The notes beneath the pieces are model-generated. The model saw only the letters and a program-made list of their open reading frames with translations, did no database searches and was not told where the DNA came from. A program made the translations under genes and the position numbers. From positions 19,179-83,178 of the forward strand of contig CAYJMC010000004.1 in the NCBI GenBank assembly GCA_964371335.1: a stretch of DNA of 64,000 bases. The letters run 5' to 3'. The first letter of the stretch is position 1. Each line of letters opens with the position of its first letter. The stretch comes from an uncultured Anaerolineaceae bacterium. Its GTDB lineage: Bacteria; Chloroflexota; Anaerolineae; Anaerolineales; UBA11579. Below are positions 47,897-62,495 of the stretch, one piece after another.

Positions 47897-49045
47897 ATGC
47901 TATTGCGGAACCAAGTTCTGCGTTCATCCCAGTGCCTAATAATATTTCTCCTTGTACTGGCAAGTTTGGTAGCTTGTGGCGCGAATCCAAGTCAATCAAC
48001 ACAATCGCACTTGACTAGTACTCCGTTCATGCCTGCGACTAACACTGCATCTGCCCAGCAAACCGAACCGCCTGAAGCCAGCCCTTCACCCAATCTGCCG
48101 TTCCCAGATCGTTTTGAAAGCGACTTACTGAGACCCAACATTGAGCCCGTGATTTACCTCGAGGACAGCTGCCGATATTTGCATCTCCGCTGGGACCCTC
48201 ACGGCAGTTTACCCGGTACCGTGGTTGCGCCGGTCATGTTCCATAGCATCTTGGAGGGCAACTCGAAGCCCAGCGACGCCTCGGCCATCAATTTTGTCGA
48301 GTTCGAAGCGATTATCCGTCAAGCCGAGAAGCTTGGGTTCGAAACCATTACCACCGAAGAATTATTGGCGTTCCTGCGGGAAAATGCAAAGATCCCCAGG
48401 CGCTCGATGATTCTGATCCTGGATGATCGCAAGCCCGGCACTGCCGAAGACTATTTCCTCCCCGTGAACGAGGAACACAATTGGACCACCACCCTGGCGT
48501 GGATTGCGCTCAGCGATACCGACCAGCGGCCCGGCCGCCTGGCAGGTGAAAGTCTCTGGGATTGGATCGAACGCATTAACGATACGGGTTTTTTCGACGT
48601 CCAATCCCATGGATTGAATCACATTTATTTAAACGAAGATATGCCCGAGGAAACCGTCCGCGAGGAAATCGAAGAGTCACTTCCCATCCTCAAGGAACAT
48701 TTTGGCAATACCCCTATCGCTTATATCTGGCCCGGGGGGAATTACACGGCATTTGGGATCCAGGTTGCTCGCGAAGCTGGCTTTGAACTAGGATTTACGA
48801 TCTGGGCGCGCGGTCCACTGCAGTTCAACTGGATCCCACAAGGCGAAGACGAACGCACTTTCAATGAGCCGTTGATGCTGCTGCCGCGTTTTTGGGATAC
48901 GGCCGCGGTGCTCAATCTCGAACAGACCGCTGAGATCGGCGACGCGGCTCAAGACTTCGCCAAAGAAAATTACGGAGCGGAAGCGGCCTGGTACCGACAA
49001 AATTGCGGCGGTGAATTGCCGCCATTGGACGAGATTCTCAAATAA
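47897..49045 (+). CDS. Polysaccharide deacetylase-family lipoprotein
   Basis: Lipobox LVAC, VMFHSI, LILDD, VQSHGLNH, IWPGG. Confidence 0.8.
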   Translation: MLLRNQVLRSSQCLIIFLLVLASLVACGANPSQSTQSHLTSTPFMPATNTASAQQTEPPEASPSPNLPFPDRFESDLLRPNIEPVIYLEDSCRYLHLRWDPHGSLPGTVVAPVMFHSILEGNSKPSDASAINFVEFEAIIRQAEKLGFETITTEELLAFLRENAKIPRRSMILILDDRKPGTAEDYFLPVNEEHNWTTTLAWIALSDTDQRPGRLAGESLWDWIERINDTGFFDVQSHGLNHIYLNEDMPEETVREEIEESLPILKEHFGNTPIAYIWPGGNYTAFGIQVAREAGFELGFTIWARGPLQFNWIPQGEDERTFNEPLMLLPRFWDTAAVLNLEQTAEIGDAAQDFAKENYGAEAAWYRQNCGGELPPLDEILK

Positions 49046-49078
49046 CAAGAGACCCGCGCGCTTGCGGGTCTTTTGTTT
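49044..49078. terminator. Bidirectional terminator
   Basis: AACAAGAGACCCGC-loop-GCGGGTCTTTTGTT between convergent genes. Confidence 0.85.
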
Positions 49079-49085
49079 ACTTTGA

Positions 49086-53375
<4,290 letters not shown>

Positions 53376-53603
53376 AAATAAGGCCTCCTACAGAATGATT
53401 CCGAACAAGTCGCTGCTTGGCCATTCTCGAAACAGCAGACTGCCCCAAATGAACCGTGCTTGTTTTCCGAGTGCGAACCAAACAAACAACCAGATATGAG
53501 TTTTCGAACAAACGTGCTAGTGAGCAGACAAACGAAAACAAGCGCTTGAGAGTTTTTTTCTCGAGCGCTCGCCGTGCAAGCAGCCTATTCGATTCACCCG
53601 AGA

Positions 53604-53631
53604 ATTATACCAAGCGCGTCTAGGGTGTCAA
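53604..53631 (-). promoter_or_regulatory. Consensus sigma70 promoter of rpoC
   Basis: Minus strand TTGACA (53631-53626), 16 bp, TATAAT (53609-53604) with extended TG. Confidence 0.75.
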
Positions 53632-53655
53632 GGAAGATCGCAAAACATTCCGGTT

Positions 53656-56600
53656 TCAGGACTGTTTTAACGGCAGTTCGCAGTGGAAGGTGCTCCCCGT
53701 ACCTAGTTCGCTATCTGCTCGTACAAGGCCGCCATGCCGTTCCATCACCGATTTTACAATGGTAAGGCCTGCGGTTCGTTTGCGGCTACCCTGACCACTC
53801 TCGAAGATCTTCGGCAAATCTACTGGAGCGATACCGGGGCCGTGATCGGTGATCGAAACCGTGGCCGTATCCTTCGAATAGGCTATCTTGACTTCGATCT
53901 GCCCTTCCCGCGGGCTGACCCGAATCGCGTTGTCCAGCAGGTTGTAGAAAGCCCGCTGAAGCAAGGTCGCATCGGCTTCGATCGCCGGCGCAGTCTTGTC
54001 GGCCTTCGGCAGCACGAATTCGACTTTCTTCTGTCGGGCACGCGGTTCAAGCTCGCGGGCAACCTCCAAGAGTAAGGGTTGCAGCGAGGTCTTTTCGAGG
54101 TGCAAGCCACGACTGCTGGCCAAACGTTCCAGATCCAACATGTCACCGGCCAGCCGTGACATATTGTCGATGTTGTGCTCGATCTTTTCAATGTAGCTGG
54201 TCTGTTGTTCGTTGAGATCCCCAACCATGCTCAGCATGCTCAAGTATCCCTTGGTAAGCTCCAACGGGTCGCGTAAATCGTGGCTGAGCGTGGATAACGA
54301 CTCCGTGCGCGCAGTTTCGGCTTGCTTGCTTTTGCTTACATCACGCAAAATCAGCGCATGCCCGAGCGCTTTTCCATTTTCAACGATGGCCGAGTAGTTT
54401 GCCATATAGGCTCGTTCCCCAAACACTACTTCTGCGGAACGAGCCTCCTTTTCGGCACGCACTAAATCCGTCAACTCCGGCTGATTCAGAACTTCCGCCA
54501 ATGGAGTTCCGATGAGATTTCCATCTCCTCGAGCAAACAAATTCGTGGCGGCCGGGTTGGCAAAAACGATTTGCCCATCCTCATCGACTAGCACTACCAT
54601 ATCTGTGCTCGCCTTCAGCAGTGCTTCCAGCCGTCGGCGCGCCCCGCTGGCATCCACGTAAAGCCGCGCGTTTGCCGCCGCTTTGGCTGCCTGCTCCGCC
54701 AGGGTTTCCAGATATCGAACCTGCTCGGGCTCGAAGGTTTGGGCTTGTTCAAATTCCAACCACAAAACTCCAAGATGTTGATCTCCATGCCGCAGCGCAA
54801 ACGCGGCTAGCGCTGCAGGTAAGACAGCCCCCTTATCCACTTTCAACCTCGCCCGCGCCGGGTTGGTCAGCAGCACCCGGTTTTGTTTTTCAGTGAGCGC
54901 CATCATCTGCGCGTCCAGATCCTTGTGCAGCAACCTCTCCTCGCCGCGCCCAAAGCTGGCCGGCTTCTGCCGACCTTCGCCGCGAAACACCAATCGCGCT
55001 GCCTTTGCCCCGCCTGCCAATGCCGCGTCGAGTATCGGGTCAATTTGGGAGCGGATATCCAACGTCGTACTGACGCCCTGGCTGACAGTAAGCAGGCGCT
55101 GAATCTCTTCCATACGCGCCTGCAGAGCCTGGCGCATTTTCTCAAATGCCGAACCCAAACGGCCGATCTCGTCGGTACTCTTAGCCGCTAACGGCACCTG
55201 GAGGTCGCCAGCGGCGATGCGTTTGGTATCCGCCACAAGTTCTTGTAAAGAACCGGTGACGGCTCGCAGGCTGTAGCGCATTGCTAAGTAAGCAACTATG
55301 GCCAGGACGATCAAAACTCCTAACATGGGCAACGCGATGGTCAAGGCCAATTGTTGGGTGAGGCGTGCTGGCCATTGCACCACCACCGCCCAGTTGCTAC
55401 CAGTCACCGGTTCGTAGCGCACCTGGCGGCGGGCGCCATCCGGTCCGGCTTCGTCGTACGTGAGAGCAACATCTCCTCCGCGTCCGTTGTATGGCTGCAA
55501 CAGCGCAGCGGTCTGCGGTGACATCGCAATCCGTCTTTCACCATCCAGTAGCAGACCCTGCCCGCCGAGCGCATTGATGCCTTGCAAACTTTGCACAATA
55601 GGTTGCGCAAAGGGATTGGACTCAAGGTTGGTACGCCCGATTAAAACCGCGCGCACCTGGTTATTGCTATTGCGCACAGGCGCCACGAAAGAAAGTTGCG
55701 CAGCCTGGCCGCTTTTGCTTGCGGGCGGGACAGTGAAATACTGCAGGGCCAAACCCTGCAGCGCCAGACCCACCGCTTCGATTTCCTGCGGGTCAGATTC
55801 GTCGCCAAATGTTTCAGGTATAGGGAAGGAAACAATTATATTGCCACCGGTATCCAGCAATACCAGCTGCTCGAAATAGGGAACCGCGCGCAGATGGCTC
55901 TGCAAGACCACCAGGGCTTCCTCCCGCGAGGCATCTGCCAGTCGCGTATCCCCGGCCAGTTGCAGCATTAAATTTTGACCAGTCTCCAGCAAGAAGGGAA
56001 CGGAATCGGCGGCCAGTTCCACGCTGGCAGAGATGCGTTCAGAATAGAGTTGATCCGCCGCCCGCCCCGCCACCCACCATCCGAGCGCGGCCAATGCAAG
56101 GAAGGCTAACGACACCACCGGCCCCAAAGTGAACAGGAACCGCGCCTCCAGGCTGCGTTCTGTTGGAGCGGGTCGGCTGGCGATTGGTTCGATCTCAAAT
56201 TGGGGAACTCGCCGAGTGATGATTTGCAAAACGGCCACTCCTACCAAAAGCTGTCCGGCGAACCCAACAGCTACCCAAGCTACCCTCGACAGTGCGAAAT
56301 CCAGACTGGCAACTGGGTCGCTCGCTGACCAAAAGAAACTTGTGGCTATGTACAACATCGGAAATAGGGCCGAGACGACTATCCCAGCAGCCAACGGCTT
56401 ACGCAGCCAATCAAATAAACGAGACCGATATCCTTGGCTTAATAACACGCCCAGTACTGCCGCCATCAAGGCAAACTCCACCGGGGTAAAAGCGCTGCGC
56501 GTATCCCAAAGTCCAAAAAACAACCCGGAAAGCAAGGCTAGCAGCACACCGGGCAGCGTGCCCAGCCTTGCCAGCGACAACACCCAGGGGATGGCGGCCA

Positions 56601-56916
56601 GCACTGGCAGCAACGGCCCCAGGGCTAGAGAGCCGAGTGCTGGAATGGGGAGCGCGCCGTCGGTCGGGAGGCGTGCCGTAATTGCCACAATTGAGATTGG
56701 CGTTGCGATCATGAGCGCCAGCAGCCAGATCAAATCGGTGCGCTTCCAGGCAATCTTACGGCCGGGAAAACGCTTGGCCAAACCAATGGAGATCAAAATC
56801 AATAAAACCCAAACCAACCACCCGACAATTCCATCGGGAAGGAGTAAACGCTGAAGAGGGTGTAGCTCAAAAAACGAAATGACCATCGGATTCAGATTGG
56901 TTGGTACAAGCCCCAA
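53656..56916 (-). CDS. Multi-TM sensor histidine kinase (Cache-like, HAMP, GAF, PAS, HisKA, HATPase)
   Basis: DEIGRLG HAMP, LSHDLRDPL H-box, NLLDNA, DHGPGI, GTGSTF. True start may be 56886. Confidence 0.88.
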   Translation of the reverse strand: MGLVPTNLNPMVISFFELHPLQRLLLPDGIVGWLVWVLLILISIGLAKRFPGRKIAWKRTDLIWLLALMIATPISIVAITARLPTDGALPIPALGSLALGPLLPVLAAIPWVLSLARLGTLPGVLLALLSGLFFGLWDTRSAFTPVEFALMAAVLGVLLSQGYRSRLFDWLRKPLAAGIVVSALFPMLYIATSFFWSASDPVASLDFALSRVAWVAVGFAGQLLVGVAVLQIITRRVPQFEIEPIASRPAPTERSLEARFLFTLGPVVSLAFLALAALGWWVAGRAADQLYSERISASVELAADSVPFLLETGQNLMLQLAGDTRLADASREEALVVLQSHLRAVPYFEQLVLLDTGGNIIVSFPIPETFGDESDPQEIEAVGLALQGLALQYFTVPPASKSGQAAQLSFVAPVRNSNNQVRAVLIGRTNLESNPFAQPIVQSLQGINALGGQGLLLDGERRIAMSPQTAALLQPYNGRGGDVALTYDEAGPDGARRQVRYEPVTGSNWAVVVQWPARLTQQLALTIALPMLGVLIVLAIVAYLAMRYSLRAVTGSLQELVADTKRIAAGDLQVPLAAKSTDEIGRLGSAFEKMRQALQARMEEIQRLLTVSQGVSTTLDIRSQIDPILDAALAGGAKAARLVFRGEGRQKPASFGRGEERLLHKDLDAQMMALTEKQNRVLLTNPARARLKVDKGAVLPAALAAFALRHGDQHLGVLWLEFEQAQTFEPEQVRYLETLAEQAAKAAANARLYVDASGARRRLEALLKASTDMVVLVDEDGQIVFANPAATNLFARGDGNLIGTPLAEVLNQPELTDLVRAEKEARSAEVVFGERAYMANYSAIVENGKALGHALILRDVSKSKQAETARTESLSTLSHDLRDPLELTKGYLSMLSMVGDLNEQQTSYIEKIEHNIDNMSRLAGDMLDLERLASSRGLHLEKTSLQPLLLEVARELEPRARQKKVEFVLPKADKTAPAIEADATLLQRAFYNLLDNAIRVSPREGQIEVKIAYSKDTATVSITDHGPGIAPVDLPKIFESGQGSRKRTAGLTIVKSVMERHGGLVRADSELGTGSTFHCELPLKQS

Positions 56917-58268
56917 TATTCTTCGGGCAACTGGGCGGCGATATGCCGCATCACCAAATCGGCGTTCGCCTGCCTGGCGGCACGGCGTTCTTCACCGCTG
57001 CCCTCGATTGGCGGCAGGCGGAATGGCTTGCCGATGCGAATGCGCAGCTCGGGCCGCTGGCCCCTGAATGCACGCTTCAACATATCGTCGCTGGTTCCCG
57101 CGATTCCCACAGGGAGCACCGGCACGCGAGCGCGGTCCATCAGGTAGGCAACGCCGGCAAAACCCCGGCGCAAACCGGGTTTGTGGCCGCGGCCGCCTTC
57201 GGGGGCAATCAACAAGGGTCTATCTGCAGCCAACACTCTTAGCATGTCGTGGATTACCTGGCGATCATATTCTCCGCGATGAACGGGGATCGCGCCATAG
57301 CCGCGTACCAGCATCTTTTGGCCGGGTCGATCAAATACATCTGCCCCGGCGACAGCCTCGGGAAAGATTGGCCAAAACGCCAACAGCAGCGGGGGTTCAA
57401 ACAGAGAAATATGGTTGTAGGCAATGATGTAAGGACCGGGCTTTGGAATATTTTCCAAGCCCTCCATCCTCACTCGACACAGGATGCGGAACGCGATTCG
57501 AAATATGGGCGCAACAGTGAAGCGGAATAAACGCACCCCGAATGGGACGTGATAACCCTGGGGTCGGCTGCCATCACTGTTCGAGTTTTGTCGCTCTCTG
57601 GCTAGCTGGAGTACCTGATCAAGCACCTGTTCGCGACTCAAGCCATCAGATTTCAGCCGCACCGCGTCTTCCGCGGGTCGGAGGGGCGCCACTGCGCGCC
57701 CGGAATCGATCTTGTCGCGCTCGCGCAGGTTCTCCATGATTTGCTCATAGGACGGTTTGATCCCGCGCTCAAGCAATTCGGCATGCCGCCGTCGGGCTCG
57801 TTCTGCCAACGTCGCATCCAGATAGATTTTCAATTTCGCATTTGGCAATACCACGGTGCCGATATCGCGGCCGGCCATCACAACTCCACCTCGTTCCCCT
57901 ACCGCGCGTTGTTTCTCGGTTAACGCCTTGCGCACGCGCGGGAAGGCAGACACTGCCGATACATTATTGTCCACCTGCTTGCTTCGGATAGCAAAGGTCG
58001 AGTCCACGCCGTCGATGAACACGTCGCTGAGCCGGCCGTCTTTCTCACTGGTCGGTTTGAGTTCGATGTCGATTTCCCTCGCCAGCTTTTCCAGGGCATC
58101 TTCATCCTCGAGGTTCACCCCGCGGTTCAAGGCAACCAAAGTCACGGCGCGGTACATGGCGCCCGTGTCGAAATACAAATAGCCCAGGCGTTCGGCCAGG
58201 GCATGCGCTAACGTGGATTTCCCCGACGCGGCAGGCCCGTCAATCGCGATAGCAAAGGGCTTGGACAT
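56892..58268 (-). CDS. cmk: Cytidylate kinase fused to PlsC-family acyltransferase
   Basis: IAIDGPAASGKST, DTGAMYR, GRDIGTVV, then NHISLFE, APEGGR. Confidence 0.92.
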   Translation of the reverse strand: MSKPFAIAIDGPAASGKSTLAHALAERLGYLYFDTGAMYRAVTLVALNRGVNLEDEDALEKLAREIDIELKPTSEKDGRLSDVFIDGVDSTFAIRSKQVDNNVSAVSAFPRVRKALTEKQRAVGERGGVVMAGRDIGTVVLPNAKLKIYLDATLAERARRRHAELLERGIKPSYEQIMENLRERDKIDSGRAVAPLRPAEDAVRLKSDGLSREQVLDQVLQLARERQNSNSDGSRPQGYHVPFGVRLFRFTVAPIFRIAFRILCRVRMEGLENIPKPGPYIIAYNHISLFEPPLLLAFWPIFPEAVAGADVFDRPGQKMLVRGYGAIPVHRGEYDRQVIHDMLRVLAADRPLLIAPEGGRGHKPGLRRGFAGVAYLMDRARVPVLPVGIAGTSDDMLKRAFRGQRPELRIRIGKPFRLPPIEGSGEERRAARQANADLVMRHIAAQLPEEYWGLYQPI

Positions 58269-58274
58269 TGTTCG

Positions 58275-59954
58275 CTAAGGATTCGCTTCAGGTGCGGTTG
58301 TATTTGCCGGTTGGGCGTCGGGGAACAAATCGGCCCGCGCCCAAAGAATAATTTCCTCGTGTTCAGTCGGCGCCTGCCGATAGAAGAGCCAGGCGAAGAA
58401 ATTCGGCGGCCAGCCAGACCAGGCGCGTTGGACCCGCGCCGCAAAACTCTGGCCGCGATAAGCGACGAACTCTTCGGGTTGCGCGTCTGCCGCCGGGGTA
58501 ACGATCAACGGCGGGGTAACGCCAACTCCAGAATCCGCGTCCTGCAGTTTGCGGAGTTGCCAGGCCAGCGCGGCGCTATCGATACGTAACTCAACCGCCA
58601 ACTCATTAAGTTGGCCCTGGTCGAGCATCGAGAGATCATGCAGACTTTCTGCAAACGTTCGGCTGCTTCCCGTTACCGGACCAGGCGCCCAAAGATCATT
58701 GGCGTCCGTAATCTCGATACGCGAAAAACGGATGCTGGCTGACAGCATGAACAAGGCAGAAAAAAGCAGCACGGCCCACACAAAACCGCGTTCAGCCGCC
58801 GGGCGCGACCAGCCAAAGGCGATCAGGATGGTCGCCATCATTGCCAATATAAACGTGGCCAGACCGACGAAAAGGAAATCATTGTAGCCAGAAGCCAACT
58901 TGGTAAGTGCAATGCCAAAAAAGATTCCCAGCAATAGCATCAGCCCGAATTCCCCAAGCGTTACATTTAGATCTCGTTGGGGCAAGGAGATATAGTCAGC
59001 GACCTGAGTAGCCGCCAGCGCCCACAGCGCCACTACCACCCACAACAAATCGGCAACCTGGCGGCCCGGATAGACGAGAACGAGCAACAGGGGAAATACG
59101 GCAAACAGCGACAGCAGCTTTCCGATAGATTGGTTGCGCCTCCACGCGTTTACCGCGCCCACGAGGCCAAAGGCCGTAGCCGGCAGTGCGTAAGCCAGTA
59201 AAGCCAATCCCAATTCGGCAATCGGGACCCCCGGCCGCAGAAATCCGCCCACAAAAGACGCTACAGTAGCTCCCAGGCCTCCAAGGCCCTCGGGAACGCT
59301 CAAAAACAAAGTACCTCCCAATACCAAAGTGAGCGCCATCGCAATAGTAAAAGTTCGCAGCCTATTTGAATCAGGGGTTTGCAACGGGCGAAAAGTAAGC
59401 CAGACCATAAGGGCAGGGATAACTCCAAAAAAGATCAAAGGCGAAGCCAGGAAAGCAATCGAAACCAATATACCGGCGGCGATTGGCCGCGAATATCGCC
59501 AGGCGGTCAGAGCCAGCAAACCGGCGCTGAGGGCAATCATGTGACCCGAAGCAAGTCGCGAGATGGCGACCATGCCCGGGTCTAGCGCCAGGGCAAGAGA
59601 AAGCACTAAGGCGATTTTCTGGCCAAGCAGGTCGCGCCAAAAATAAGGAAGCACAACCAGCGCTAGGCCGAAAATTGCCGGCAATAATCTGGCAAAGAAT
59701 TCTGTGCTCCCCAGCAATGAAAATACCGGCCCCGTTAGCAGAACGTAGGCCGGCTGATCGCCCAAATCAGGGGATCCGCCGTTGGCTAGAGAATATGCGG
59801 GGACCGCGACCCCTGCCTCGAATTCGGTGAGCGGCGGGACTCCCAAATCGGCAAAGCGCAGCGCGAAAGCCAGTAACAGAATGAGGATATAGAGGATGGT
59901 CTCGTAACTAATTGTTGTCCGTTGCGCCATGGTTGGGTGATTATAGTCTTTCAC
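58275..59954 (-). CDS. Polytopic membrane protein, GT-C/PMT-like
   Basis: LRFADLG..PLTEFE, FFARLLPA and more than 10 hydrophobic segments. Confidence 0.65.
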   Translation of the reverse strand: MKDYNHPTMAQRTTISYETILYILILLLAFALRFADLGVPPLTEFEAGVAVPAYSLANGGSPDLGDQPAYVLLTGPVFSLLGSTEFFARLLPAIFGLALVVLPYFWRDLLGQKIALVLSLALALDPGMVAISRLASGHMIALSAGLLALTAWRYSRPIAAGILVSIAFLASPLIFFGVIPALMVWLTFRPLQTPDSNRLRTFTIAMALTLVLGGTLFLSVPEGLGGLGATVASFVGGFLRPGVPIAELGLALLAYALPATAFGLVGAVNAWRRNQSIGKLLSLFAVFPLLLVLVYPGRQVADLLWVVVALWALAATQVADYISLPQRDLNVTLGEFGLMLLLGIFFGIALTKLASGYNDFLFVGLATFILAMMATILIAFGWSRPAAERGFVWAVLLFSALFMLSASIRFSRIEITDANDLWAPGPVTGSSRTFAESLHDLSMLDQGQLNELAVELRIDSAALAWQLRKLQDADSGVGVTPPLIVTPAADAQPEEFVAYRGQSFAARVQRAWSGWPPNFFAWLFYRQAPTEHEEIILWARADLFPDAQPANTTAPEANP

Positions 59955-59974
59955 CCGCCAATGCTTGGAAGCTA

Positions 59975-60034
59975 AGCCTTGGGAAGGTTAGGCTTGAGTG
60001 CCGATTTGACATCAAGTCCAACCTTCGCAAGGCT
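59975..60034. repeat. REP-doublet-like palindromic element, copy 5
   Basis: AGCCTTGGGAAGGTTAG-spacer-CAACCTTCGCAAGGCT. Confidence 0.8.
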
Positions 60035-60038
60035 GCTA

Positions 60039-62495
60039 CTATGGCACTTCGTAAATCGTTACCGTCTGATTTTGAAACGCGACGATCAAATTCTCTCTGA
60101 ATTTATCTTCATTGATCGTGGCCTCGCCGGCTTCATAGGCAAAACGTTCCCACTCACCCACCACGATGTACTTCACATCATATGTATCCATGATGCCCTG
60201 CGCCACGAACCAATCGGGGGTTGTATATAGGATGCGAATTTGATCGATGCGCCCCACGTCATAGTTGCCGCCCCGCCATTGCCCTTCGTGCCCCGGCCAG
60301 CCCATTAGCGCCGGCTGCCCGCTGTGTGCGGAATAGCGCGCAAAATTGGAATCGTAACTGCCGCCCACCGCTTCCACCAACGGGCCCAGCGGCGCCTCCC
60401 GCAGCCACTGGATCGCGGCCACCGTGTCCGCGGAGAGGTGGCTGGCGCCATCCAGATTCAGGGTGCTGTGTCGCGTGACATCCGAAAATGCAAAGACGGG
60501 GTAAACCAGTCCCGCAGCCAGCAGCAGGCTGAAGACAACGGCAGTCAAAATCCGGCCAATTCCTCTCAATTCGTGCAACAGGATCACAATGGCCACCGCC
60601 GCAACCACACCCCAGATCTGCCAGGTCTGGAAATAGAACTTGAAAACTGTGTTCATCCGCGTGCCAAATTGATCGCGCAGATAGATGAACTCAGGCGCCA
60701 GGACCAAAAACAGTCCAAGGAAGACCATGATCACCAGGAACGTACGAATCTGATCGGCCTGGATGCCAGTCTTCGGCTGATCGCGTTTTTGTCTGGTGGC
60801 AAACAGCAGTCCTAATAGCAAGCCAATCAAAAGACTCAGCGTAATCCACCCGCCCACAGAACTAAAACGGCGACGCAGCGATTCGTTTAGCAAGGCGCTC
60901 AGATCCGCAGTGCCCATCCCGGAAAGAATGGTTTGACCAACACCTGTGCCAGATAACCAAAAGGCATATATCCCGGTCAGCAGCAGGGAAAATCCCCACA
61001 ATGCGGCCACAAAGACAAATCCAAGTAGCAACACCTTCACCAGCCGCGCCCAGTCCCATCCGCGTTTCCACAAAAAGAGCAAATAGATGGAGATGGGAAT
61101 CAGTGGAACGGCGAACATGATCCAAAACTGAATACCGCGGGTTGGATTGAGCAGGTTGGGTAGAATTCCTCCGGCTTGAGAGGTGAAGCCCAGGTAGAAG
61201 GGCAGGTACAACGCAATTCCAGTGAAACCCAGTGTCAGTCCCAACAGGATGAAATCTTGCAGGCTCTTCCAGTTCCAGCCACTCAATTGGGCCTCGCGCA
61301 CAACATAAGCCAACGCAAAAAACCCAACATAAATGGGGAAATCCCAAATATTCAAGAACCCAAGCGAGCCGAGCAAGACTGCTGCAAATAAAAGCTCATC
61401 CCAGCGAATATGCAAACCCAAAAGCGGCGGCGGCCTTTGCCGCTCGCCTGCTCCCAAATACAAATTCAGCGCCAGCCCCATAGCCAACATAACAAACGGC
61501 ATGGATAAAACATGAGGATGCAGATCCCCCAATACGAACGAGAACGCGGGAAACTCATCGATCAATTCCTGTTCACCACCGCTGAATGTCTTGTCGTTGA
61601 TTACTCGCGAAGCGCGCCACCACCACCACGAATCCGTCCCGTAAAGCCGCGGCGTCCACTTCGGTCCATCGGTCGGCGGGTTGGTTAATTCCTTGATATC
61701 CATCCACGCCCAAAACCTTGAGGTCTGTGCTCCCGTTGCATCCGTGCTCCAGAACAGGTGTCGTGCGTGAAGGATCTCCAAAAACCCTTCCAAATTGCCT
61801 AGAATCAAAACGAAAATAGGTGCCAGGGCGGCCGCCCACAACATCGCTTTGCGAGCCTTCGGCAAATAAAGGACCAGCAGGTTATGCGCCAGCCCATAGG
61901 CACCTGTCGCCGCCATAGCAAAGATCGAAATAAATCCCAGATTGAATGCGACTGAACCAATCACACCTACCAGCTTGGCCAACATGGCCACCATCAAATA
62001 GCCGAAGTAATAATAAGAAATCGAATAGCCGGAAAGCCAAGGGTCGTGCGGCGGCATGATGGGTGAGCGCAAGATGGCGTTGATGAACGCCAATTCCATC
62101 GGCTGTTCCGTATGGAAGATGCCCGGCCGCGCCGCGCGCACGTAAGTCATGAAGAGAAAGGCTAGCAGGAAAACAATTTCCACCGCCAGAATGGTTGAAT
62201 AATTTTCGTTCAACCATTTACGTATTTCGCCTTTGGGTGTCTGCCGCCAGGCCAACCAGCTGAGGGCGGCCAAAAGAAAGATCGCCGTGATCAATCCGCC
62301 GGCATCATTGCGCAAAAATCCGTAACTACTCAAAACCCAAAAACCGGATCCCCATAACAGCAGTCCCAGAGGCCGCACAAAGGCGGCACCGCGATTGGGC
62401 AGGGCAGCCAAATAGCGATAAGCTATCGGGAAGCTCAGCCAGCCAATGGCGGCCACCAATAGATACCAAACAATTGCCGCGAATATCTGGCCCAT
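60039..62495 (-). CDS. DUF2298 (YYY-domain) membrane protein
   Basis: EQPME, PPHDPWLSG..SYYYFGY, WWWRASRVI, EFPAFSFVLGDLHPH, RMNTVFKFY. Confidence 0.88.
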   Translation of the reverse strand: MGQIFAAIVWYLLVAAIGWLSFPIAYRYLAALPNRGAAFVRPLGLLLWGSGFWVLSSYGFLRNDAGGLITAIFLLAALSWLAWRQTPKGEIRKWLNENYSTILAVEIVFLLAFLFMTYVRAARPGIFHTEQPMELAFINAILRSPIMPPHDPWLSGYSISYYYFGYLMVAMLAKLVGVIGSVAFNLGFISIFAMAATGAYGLAHNLLVLYLPKARKAMLWAAALAPIFVLILGNLEGFLEILHARHLFWSTDATGAQTSRFWAWMDIKELTNPPTDGPKWTPRLYGTDSWWWWRASRVINDKTFSGGEQELIDEFPAFSFVLGDLHPHVLSMPFVMLAMGLALNLYLGAGERQRPPPLLGLHIRWDELLFAAVLLGSLGFLNIWDFPIYVGFFALAYVVREAQLSGWNWKSLQDFILLGLTLGFTGIALYLPFYLGFTSQAGGILPNLLNPTRGIQFWIMFAVPLIPISIYLLFLWKRGWDWARLVKVLLLGFVFVAALWGFSLLLTGIYAFWLSGTGVGQTILSGMGTADLSALLNESLRRRFSSVGGWITLSLLIGLLLGLLFATRQKRDQPKTGIQADQIRTFLVIMVFLGLFLVLAPEFIYLRDQFGTRMNTVFKFYFQTWQIWGVVAAVAIVILLHELRGIGRILTAVVFSLLLAAGLVYPVFAFSDVTRHSTLNLDGASHLSADTVAAIQWLREAPLGPLVEAVGGSYDSNFARYSAHSGQPALMGWPGHEGQWRGGNYDVGRIDQIRILYTTPDWFVAQGIMDTYDVKYIVVGEWERFAYEAGEATINEDKFRENLIVAFQNQTVTIYEVP

